Source of the DNA: a virus | Taxonomy: Duplodnaviria > Caudoviricetes | Virus record (IMG/VR): IMGVR_UViG_3300023260_000003 | Coordinates: 1-37,996 of that record | DNA length: 37,996 nt | Strand: one strand, 5' to 3' | In this document: positions 19,809 to 26,587 of the stretch, piece by piece | Numbering within the stretch: the stretch's first letter is position 1 | Layout of the letters: each line of letters starts with the position of its first letter | Notes under the pieces: generated by a model | The model's input: the letters and a program-made list of their open reading frames with translations, nothing else | The model's database searches: none | Told to the model about the DNA's origin: nothing | Translations under genes and position numbers: made by a program

Positions 19809-20561
19809 ATGACAAAAATTATTTCCCTGTCGAACCACAAAGGTGGAGTTGGTAAGACAACGTCAACGATTAACATTGGTGCGGCCCTTAACCAATTAAA
19901 GCAAAAAGTATTAATTATCGATTTAGACCCCCAAGCAAACTTAAGCCTATCGTTAGGAATTGTAAAAGCTGATAATAATATTTATGGGGCTTTGCGGGAT
20001 GAATATGAAATAAAGCCTATCCAAATGCTAAAAGGATTCGATTTAATACCAGCGACAATAGATTTGGCAAACGTTGAAATTGAACTTAGCACAAAGCCAG
20101 CACGAGAGTATTTTTTAAAAGAAATCATTGATAAGATAAAAGACTCTTATGATTATATTTTAATTGATTGCCCTCCCTCGTTAGGTCTTTTAACTTTAAA
20201 TGCATTCACGGCCAGCGATGAAATAATAATCCCACTACAAGCTGAATTTTTAGCAACGCAAGGCTTATCCGAACTTTTAAAGGTGATTAAAATAATAACA
20301 AAAAGGCTTAATCCTAATTTGATGATAGGCGGGGTGTTCTTAACTCAATACGACAGTAGAAAAACTCTTAACAGGGATATACTAGATTTTGTAAAAGATA
20401 ATTTCCCTAAAGAAGTATTTGAAACCAAAATACGAAATAACATCGCACTTGCCGAAGCCCCTTCGAATCATTTGGATATTTTTAGATATAGCCCAAAATC
20501 AAACGGAGCAGAAGACTATAAAGAACTTTCAAAAGAAATAATTAAAAGACACAAAAAATGA
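19809..20561 (+). CDS. parA: ParA/Soj family partition ATPase
   Basis: Deviant Walker A KGGVGKTT, IDLDPQAN, YILIDCPP; no N-terminal HTH extension. Confidence 0.93.
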   Translation: MTKIISLSNHKGGVGKTTSTINIGAALNQLKQKVLIIDLDPQANLSLSLGIVKADNNIYGALRDEYEIKPIQMLKGFDLIPATIDLANVEIELSTKPAREYFLKEIIDKIKDSYDYILIDCPPSLGLLTLNAFTASDEIIIPLQAEFLATQGLSELLKVIKIITKRLNPNLMIGGVFLTQYDSRKTLNRDILDFVKDNFPKEVFETKIRNNIALAEAPSNHLDIFRYSPKSNGAEDYKELSKEIIKRHKK

Positions 20562-20887
20562 AATCAACAGAAACAAAAACAACTCAAAGAGAAAAAAGAA
20601 AAGCTGGTTTAAGCGCGCTTTTGCGTGATGATGTAGAAGAAACAACAAACGAGGCTTTGCCAACAGTCATCCATGAAATTTCAGAAAATGAAAATGAAAA
20701 AGAAATTTCAAATGAAGTCAGGGTAACTCTTCAAATGGAAAAGGAAATTCATAAAAAAGTTAAAATTATGGCACATTGGGAACTGACAACTCTTAAAGAC
20801 ATTGTTAATTCATCTTTGGAAAAGACAATTTCCGAATATGAAAAAAAACACGGAGAACTTAAAAAAGTTCCAAAATCAAAAAGATAA
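20558..20887 (+). CDS. ParA partner, ribbon-helix-helix-like centromere-binding protein (putative)
   Basis: Overlaps parA by 4 nt; charged flexible N-terminus, then VRVTLQM strand and two helices. Confidence 0.6.
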   Translation: MKSTETKTTQREKRKAGLSALLRDDVEETTNEALPTVIHEISENENEKEISNEVRVTLQMEKEIHKKVKIMAHWELTTLKDIVNSSLEKTISEYEKKHGELKKVPKSKR

Positions 20888-20893
20888 GAAAAT

Positions 20894-20928
20894 AAAAAAC
20901 CTCGAATGTGCTGAATCATTCGAGGTTT
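20894..20928. terminator. Hairpin terminator between convergent genes
   Basis: AAACCTCGAATG-N8-CATTCGAGGTTT with an A run on the left. Confidence 0.7.
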
Positions 20929-20954
20929 AAAGTACATCTTAACTTATGAGGTTA

Positions 20955-21137
20955 TTAGATAAATTTAGGTATTTTTAATTGTATTTGCTGTAAAGTAACA
21001 CCGTTTTCTTTTGCCTGTTCTTCTGTCCCTTTGCTGTCGCTGGTTCCATTAAACATAATAATTTGTAATGCGTTAAGACAAGAATCTAATAAGATTGCTT
21101 CATCCTTTGTAATGCTTAAATTTACTATTTCAGACAT
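20955..21137 (-). CDS. Small antisense-oriented protein (60 aa)
   Basis: Fills an intergenic gap; TACATTTG on minus strand at 21169-21176; terminator downstream. Confidence 0.55.
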   Translation of the reverse strand: MSEIVNLSITKDEAILLDSCLNALQIIMFNGTSDSKGTEEQAKENGVTLQQIQLKIPKFI

Positions 21138-21243
21138 ATTTTGTAGTTTTTTAGATTATGACTGTCGGCAAATGTAATATTATTTTTGAATTGATGTTAA
21201 AAAAAATTAACAAGTATTCACAAAAATTTTATATTTTTAAAAA

Positions 21244-21450
21244 ATGAATAAGAAAAATATTAGAAAAATTAATTTTATTTTTACCTTAATTTCAATACTT
21301 ATAGCTTTGTATATTATTGCTCATGGTATTGTCTATTTATACGCTGGAAAGGTTGGAAAAGGTTTTTTATTCTTTATTTTAGGTTTATCTAGTCTTTATT
21401 TTAATGATAAAAATTTAAAAATGTATGGAATTCTTAAAGATAAAAATTAA
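21244..21450 (+). CDS. Small two-helix membrane protein
   Basis: Two hydrophobic stretches with basic termini. Confidence 0.55.
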   Translation: MNKKNIRKINFIFTLISILIALYIIAHGIVYLYAGKVGKGFLFFILGLSSLYFNDKNLKMYGILKDKN

Positions 21451-21946
21451 CTCTACTCGGCCATATTACACCGATGCATTAGGTAAAATTTACAACCATA
21501 GATATAAAGAGTTAAGGTGTTCAAATATCAATGGAAGCCTTTTTTTACACTTTGTTTTAAACGATGCAAACAAAAGCACCAGTTCACAATCAATAGCAAG
21601 GTTAATTTATAATACTTATTACCCAGCTGTAAACTTGGAACACTACAATATTTATAAAAAAAAGCCAAACATTGAAAACCCTTATCAAATTGGAAATCTT
21701 AAGAAGGTTTTAAAAAGCAAAATGCCAATCCAAAATAAATTACCACAAAGGCATAAGAGTATAAGGAATCCAATGAAAAGAAAGTTTTATCAAAAAATAT
21801 CAACAAGTCAGTATATTTTTTTGGTTGCACTGGCAAAAAGTCCAAATATAAAAAATTCAACTATTGCAAAATTGTACGGAGTCGGCAGTGAAGTTGTTAG
21901 AAGACACAGGCCATTTTTAGCAACAAGAAATCAAAAACCATTATAA
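21425..21946 (+). CDS. Degenerate HNH-endonuclease-like protein with C-terminal HTH
   Basis: GKIYN...SIARLI...NPYQIGNL layout without the catalytic His; NSTIAKLYGVGSEVV. Confidence 0.4.
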   Translation: MEFLKIKINSTRPYYTDALGKIYNHRYKELRCSNINGSLFLHFVLNDANKSTSSQSIARLIYNTYYPAVNLEHYNIYKKKPNIENPYQIGNLKKVLKSKMPIQNKLPQRHKSIRNPMKRKFYQKISTSQYIFLVALAKSPNIKNSTIAKLYGVGSEVVRRHRPFLATRNQKPL

Positions 21947-21949
21947 AAA

Positions 21950-22243
21950 ATGAAACCAATTATTAAAATTACGATTGAAAATAACGAGCATCATACGCAA
22001 TTCATTGGAAATCCTATTGATTTATTAATGGAATTAACTCTATTATGTTCAAAAAATAATAAAATTCTTTTTTTGATGAAAAACGCTGTAAAAATGGCCG
22101 AGATTATAGAAAAAGATACAGCTGAAAAAGCAAAAGATAAAAGCAAAAAAGAAGATAATAAAATAACTGAAAATCAATATACTAGAGAAGCAAAGTCAAT
22201 ACTTGCCGACTTTGCGAGCCTATGCAAAGAAAATTTTAATTAA
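21950..22243 (+). CDS. Hypothetical protein
   Basis: Packed ORF. Confidence 0.55.
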   Translation: MKPIIKITIENNEHHTQFIGNPIDLLMELTLLCSKNNKILFLMKNAVKMAEIIEKDTAEKAKDKSKKEDNKITENQYTREAKSILADFASLCKENFN

Positions 22244-22297
22244 AAAAAATTAACATTTTAGTTTTGATTTAAAATAAAAGATTCTATATTTGTCCCA

Positions 22298-22406
22298 ATC
22301 AAAACGGGTTAGGAGCTGGATTGATTTTCAGTTTTTATCCGTTTGAAAGACATAAAACACCGCCATTTTAAGAGACTCCTAACCCCTCTTTTATTGGCGG
22401 TTTTTT
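22298..22406 (+). ncRNA. Candidate structured small RNA or attenuator leader
   Basis: Promoter TTTG(22263)-N18-TATATTTG(22285); terminator 22359-22406 whose loop CTCCTAACCC is complementary to GGGTTAGGAG at 22306-22315. Confidence 0.5.
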
Positions 22407-22492
22407 CATGCCTAAAAATTAAATGCTTGGAAATTAAATACTTGAAAACAATTTGTTAATTTTATTGTCCTTAAAAAATTGAATTTTACTAA

Positions 22493-22755
22493 ATGGCTGA
22501 AATAATTGAAAATGATAAAGGTTTAAAGTGATAAAAGTTTCACTTGATGAAGTCATAGTAAAATTTAAAGGGTTTGGAATTTGCGACAGCTGTAACGGCC
22601 GTCCTAAAGCATTTATGTATATCCCAGTGCTTCATTCTTGTTATTGTCAAAAATGCTTTAATAAGTGGTACGCTGATGCGATTAACTACACGGAAGACCG
22701 TAATTTTGAAAACAAGGCTTTTGCGGTTGCAAAAAAATTATTAAATCTTAAATGA
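22493..22755 (+). CDS. Zn-finger-like phage protein split by a -1 frameshift near its start
   Basis: ATG at 22493 gives MAEIIENDKGLK-stop; the -1 frame continues VIKVS...CDSC...CYCQKC. Confidence 0.5.
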
Positions 22756-22774
22756 TGTGAAAAAGTATAAAAAT

Positions 22775-22925
22775 AAAAAAAGAGACGGTTAAGTCTCTTT
22801 AGTTTAGATTTTTGATTTGGGTTTACTTGCAGGTTTCTCCAATTTAAAAAACAGATTATTAGAACAACCGCTATTTAAATCAATAGGGGCGGTTCAATGT
22901 ATTTCAATTTTATACAACCTATTTC
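22775..22925 (-). ncRNA. Candidate antisense RNA upstream of the replication gene
   Basis: Minus-strand TTG-N19-TATTTTTG (22960-22931), internal hairpin 22866-22894, U-tailed terminator 22775-22800, no ATG ORF. Confidence 0.42.
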
Positions 22926-22997
22926 GGTTGCAAAAATAGTGAAATACATGAGATTGACAATGAAAAAAAGATAAAATAACTATTTAAATAAAAAAAA

Positions 22998-24134
22998 ATG
23001 AGTACTAAATTAAATTATTTCGATGTAGATGAAGCCGTATTATTTGGTGTAAACGGCTCTGTTATTTTAAACCATATTCGTTCTTGGATTTTTAAAAATA
23101 AATCGAGCAATCGTAATTTTCACGATGGCCATTACTGGACTTACAACAGTATAGCGGGATTCAAACAATATTACCCGTATTTTTCAGAAAAGCAGATTTC
23201 AACGATTTTGATAAAGCTGGAAAAAGAAGGTGTTTTAATAAGCGGGAATTATAATAAATTGCATTTTGACAGAACCAAGTGGTATTGTATAAATGAACCA
23301 CTGATAAGGGAACGTAAATTAACTTTAAAAAGCCCTGCTCTTGTTGTTTTGGAAAATGGATATATTGAGGGGGCAAATGAACAATTTGATTCATTTTTAC
23401 AGGAAAATTGCATTTTACCATTTGGGAAAATGGAAGATACCAAAAAGGAAAATGAGAATTTACCAAATGGTAAAATGACATTTTACCAAATGGGAGAAAC
23501 AATACCAGATAATAAAACAAATAATAAAACAATTAAGATTGAGAGAGGGCAAAATGAAAAATTTTGCCCACCCTCTCTCTCAGATGTAGTTGATTTTTTC
23601 AAAAAAAGAAATATAACAGCTAGTGCGGAAAACTTTTTCAATCATTGGGAATCGGTCGGCTGGAAAAAATCGAAAGGACAACAAATTTTAAAATGGGAAT
23701 CGCTGGTGCCAAAATGGGTCAAAGATGAACTTCCAGCGAGAGAAAAAATAAAAGTAGTGGTTACGAATGCACAGCCCAAAAAACCAACCCAAGAACGCCA
23801 GCAACTAATCGAAAATTTCAAAAAAGAAACTTGGGAGTTTGTTGGTCAACTTCGAGCCGATTCCAGTTTATTGGAAACATATAAAATAAAACTTGACAAA
23901 GAATGTGCTTATAAATTTGAATTACATTCTCAAACTGTTTACACGATGGTTGAACGGTATCAAAATTATTTAATTTTAGAACCGCATTTACTTTCAGAAG
24001 ATTCTTTGCGAAATGTTTCATTGAAGAATTTTAAGATAAATTTCTTTGAATGGTTAAAAAAGCAAAAGTTTGCACCAAACTACTTCTCTGAAACCAAAAA
24101 TCGCTATCACGGGTTACTAGAAACGCAACAATAA
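22998..24134 (+). CDS. Phage replication initiator protein (N-terminal winged helix)
   Basis: HDGHYWTYNS...YPYFS...GNYNK..FDRTKWY; central repeat region; PPSLSDV..FFNHWESVGW domain. Confidence 0.78.
   Translation: MSTKLNYFDVDEAVLFGVNGSVILNHIRSWIFKNKSSNRNFHDGHYWTYNSIAGFKQYYPYFSEKQISTILIKLEKEGVLISGNYNKLHFDRTKWYCINEPLIRERKLTLKSPALVVLENGYIEGANEQFDSFLQENCILPFGKMEDTKKENENLPNGKMTFYQMGETIPDNKTNNKTIKIERGQNEKFCPPSLSDVVDFFKKRNITASAENFFNHWESVGWKKSKGQQILKWESLVPKWVKDELPAREKIKVVVTNAQPKKPTQERQQLIENFKKETWEFVGQLRADSSLLETYKIKLDKECAYKFELHSQTVYTMVERYQNYLILEPHLLSEDSLRNVSLKNFKINFFEWLKKQKFAPNYFSETKNRYHGLLETQQ
23411..23582. repeat. Probable replication origin (iterons, A-rich tract, inverted repeat)
   Basis: Four quasi-palindromic units with TACC at 23416, 23438, 23461 and 23484; A-rich 23511-23535; GGGCAAAAT/ATTTTGCCC at 23547-23569. 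Confidence 0.65.
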
Positions 24135-24190
24135 TTTTTTCCCGATAAAATACACATGTTTTAAAAAATAACGCCTTAAATCGCTTTAAA

Positions 24191-24526
24191 ATGAATATTG
24201 ATTTAAAATTAACGGTTGACGAAATAATTTACATTTCGCGGAACATTGAAGCAATCAGGCCAGTTTCATTAAAAGCGGTCAGTAAGTTGGATTATTTTTC
24301 TTGGAGCATCATTTTTGATATTGCCCAGAAAGTGCAGAAAAAGGAACATTCCTTTGATTCTGCTAATGGCGTGGACACAAGGAAAAAATATAAATTAAAA
24401 ATTAAATATCATGAAGCAGTTATTTTAGAAAAATTCATGAATGGTTACCAATACAGCGAAGAAGATCATTTTTATGCAAACATGGCTAGAAACATTACCA
24501 GCCAGCTTAATCAAAAACTTGCTTAG
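24191..24526 (+). CDS. Hypothetical protein
   Basis: 111-aa ORF after rep. Confidence 0.6.
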   Translation: MNIDLKLTVDEIIYISRNIEAIRPVSLKAVSKLDYFSWSIIFDIAQKVQKKEHSFDSANGVDTRKKYKLKIKYHEAVILEKFMNGYQYSEEDHFYANMARNITSQLNQKLA

Positions 24527-24527
24527 T

Positions 24528-24659
24528 ATGGAAAACTTAGAGGAAAAATATGAGTGGGAACAATTTAAAAAACGATGTAGAATAGCGTTTGTTTTATTTC
24601 TAATTTTGTTTTTATTAATGCTATTTGGTTTAATAATCAGCGTTTTATGGCAGAACTAA
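24528..24659 (+). CDS. Small single-pass membrane protein (43 aa)
   Basis: ATG at 24528 avoids overlap with the upstream gene; hydrophobic C-terminal half. Confidence 0.5.
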   Translation: MENLEEKYEWEQFKKRCRIAFVLFLILFLLMLFGLIISVLWQN

Positions 24660-24820
24660 AAACAAACCCAGAAATCCCAATCAAATTGGATTTTCAAATA
24701 AAAAATTCTCATTGGATGATAAACGGCAAAACCTATGACGAATGCGGTTTTGTGGAAAAATATTACTTTGATTTATTCTTTCGTTATAAGCGCAGGGAAT
24801 ACCCCACAAAAAACAAATAA
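24647..24820 (+). CDS. 57-aa hypothetical protein (not in ORF track)
   Basis: Hand translation MAELKTNPEIPIKLDFQIKNSHWMINGKTYDEC... Confidence 0.5.
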   Translation: MAELKTNPEIPIKLDFQIKNSHWMINGKTYDECGFVEKYYFDLFFRYKRREYPTKNK

Positions 24821-24868
24821 TTTTTTATTGTTAAATAACTTAAAAATAGATGTTTAAGAAATAAAATA

Positions 24869-24919
24869 TACAAAATAGAAAATTTTATATTGTATATTTA
24901 AATAAAGGTTGTATGTTTG
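24869..24919 (+). promoter_or_regulatory. Promoter with palindromic operator candidate
   Basis: TACAAAATA-N8-TATATTGTA at 24869-24894; TTG-N19-TATGTTTG. Confidence 0.62.
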
Positions 24920-24949
24920 TACCAGTTAAGAACTAAAAACACAAACACT

Positions 24950-25225
24950 ATGAAATCACAACTTTTCAAAACAGCTTGGGCAATTTTCAAAATGCAAACC
25001 ATTTCTTTTTCAGATGCTTTAAAACAAGCTTGGAAGGAAACAAAAAAAGGTTTTAAGGCCGTTGTAGTAAGAATGAATAAATTAGTAAAATCCGAAAAAT
25101 GGATAGGTTTTGAAACTGTTTATTACAATGCTTTACAGATTATTAAAATTGAAAATGAAAAAATTATTGTCAATAACGACGGGGCCGCTGCATGGTATGA
25201 TGGAAAAACCTATAACGCTGATTAA
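24950..25225 (+). CDS. Hypothetical phage protein
   Basis: ATG at 24950, MKSQLFKTAW...FSDALKQAW; the track's TTG start lies inside the promoter. Confidence 0.6.
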   Translation: MKSQLFKTAWAIFKMQTISFSDALKQAWKETKKGFKAVVVRMNKLVKSEKWIGFETVYYNALQIIKIENEKIIVNNDGAAAWYDGKTYNAD

Positions 25226-25227
25226 TT

Positions 25228-25359
25228 ATGATTTTAGTACAAAATTACCCAAGTAAAGAATTTCCAATTTACATAGAGTATATCAATGAAGATTTTGCAA
25301 GGATGCAAAAAGACAAGTTCACCGCTGGGGCTTGGAAGATTAAAACCAAAAAAGTATAA
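25228..25359 (+). CDS. 43-aa hypothetical protein (not in ORF track)
   Basis: MILVQNYPSKEF...; starts 2 nt after the upstream stop. Confidence 0.45.
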   Translation: MILVQNYPSKEFPIYIEYINEDFARMQKDKFTAGAWKIKTKKV

Positions 25360-25374
25360 AGTTTAAATTAAAAA

Positions 25375-25425
25375 TACAAAATAGATAAATTTATTTTGTA
25401 GTTTTAAATAAGTTTTATATCTTTG
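25375..25425 (+). promoter_or_regulatory. Promoter with palindromic operator candidate
   Basis: TACAAAATA-N8-TATTTTGTA at 25375-25400; TTTG-N19-TATCTTTG. Confidence 0.65.
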
Positions 25426-25469
25426 CTTCATCAAAAAAAAACAATTGTAAAATTTTAAATATTAATATT

Positions 25470-25694
25470 ATGAATTCAAATTTAACCGAATTAGAAAATA
25501 GAGTTTTGGAAGCAATTAAACAAGGTGATTGGTTCGATGATATGCCGTCAGAATGTATTGGAAATCTAGTTGATTCAACAGGCTTAACCTCAAAAGTATT
25601 AAGAGGTGTTTTGAGTTCATTACTACAAAAAGAATTAATAGAGCAAGGCGAATATCCGAACGGAATTACAGCTTTTCAATTTAAACAAAATTAG
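25470..25694 (+). CDS. Small winged-helix-like protein
   Basis: LTELENRVLEAI...LVDSTGLTSKVLRGVLSSLLQKELI. Confidence 0.6.
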   Translation: MNSNLTELENRVLEAIKQGDWFDDMPSECIGNLVDSTGLTSKVLRGVLSSLLQKELIEQGEYPNGITAFQFKQN

Positions 25695-25699
25695 AAACC

Positions 25700-25834
25700 A
25701 TGAAAGTATCGACACTCACAAAAACCACGGTATTTTATACCGTGGCCACCCGAGAAGGGGAACAACATTTTTTTACTCTTTGGGAAACTATTGCTTATCT
25801 TTCAAAAATCGATTTAACAACCCAATTAAATTAA
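25700..25834 (+). CDS. 44-aa hypothetical protein (not in ORF track)
   Basis: MKVSTLTK...TQLN; fills the gap between neighbours. Confidence 0.45.
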   Translation: MKVSTLTKTTVFYTVATREGEQHFFTLWETIAYLSKIDLTTQLN

Positions 25835-25838
25835 AAAT

Positions 25839-26222
25839 ATGAACCAAGACAGAGGTAGAAAACAGTTAGCAAAAAAACTGTATAAACAACCAGTTACGAA
25901 ATTTGAGGTCGTTAATTTATTAACGGTTTCTTTTATTCCTTTTGGTATGACCCGCTCGTTTAAAAACAACCGTTATATAGTTATGATTTACGATAATGCA
26001 AAAACAACCAAAGGCGAAGCCATACAAGTACTAATACAAAAAATTGATAACACGCCTATCTTAAATCATTGGTTTGAAATCCAAAAAATCAAAAATGAAA
26101 TATTTGGGGAGGAAGTAACGGCCGTTGAATATTTTCCAGCCGAAAGCCAATTGGTTGATAAACATAATATTTATTGGATTTGGATTTATCCTGATGGTGT
26201 TTTACCCATACCAGTAATATAA
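25839..26222 (+). CDS. Conserved phage hypothetical protein
   Basis: W.EIQKIKNEIFG...AVEYFP..SQLVD..N motif. Confidence 0.65.
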   Translation: MNQDRGRKQLAKKLYKQPVTKFEVVNLLTVSFIPFGMTRSFKNNRYIVMIYDNAKTTKGEAIQVLIQKIDNTPILNHWFEIQKIKNEIFGEEVTAVEYFPAESQLVDKHNIYWIWIYPDGVLPIPVI

Positions 26223-26223
26223 A

Positions 26224-26280
26224 CCACACAAAAAACATTTACAACATTAAAAATATTACCCACACAAAAAACATTTACAA
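26224..26280 (+). repeat. Perfect 21-bp direct repeat upstream of a promoter
   Basis: CCACACAAAAAACATTTACAA at 26224-26244 and 26260-26280; TATGTTTG at 26321. Confidence 0.85.
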
Positions 26281-26347
26281 TATTTAACATAAAACATACT
26301 AATTAAGTAAAAGTATTTTGTATGTTTGCGTGTATAAATTTGACATT

Positions 26348-26587
26348 ATGAAAAAACTAGCCTATCGATTAGAATCAAGGGCAACGGGTGAATCATGGAA
26401 CTATGACACGTTGCAGGAATTATTTGACGACCCCAAAAACGACTGGATTAAAGTTTCAGCTCACACCGTTTCAAGAACAAAAAGGAATTGTTCTTATGTA
26501 AACAAAGTCTGCATTATAACAAAGCATGACACAGAGCTGCAAACGGAAATAAAAGCTAAAAAAATATTCAAAATTAAAAAAGGATGA
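26348..26587 (+). CDS. Hypothetical protein
   Basis: ATG at 26348, downstream of the promoter. Confidence 0.55.
   Translation: MKKLAYRLESRATGESWNYDTLQELFDDPKNDWIKVSAHTVSRTKRNCSYVNKVCIITKHDTELQTEIKAKKIFKIKKG

Noticed and set aside
26224-26280. Possible mini-CRISPR array
   Set aside because: Only two 21-bp copies with a 15-bp spacer and no cas genes
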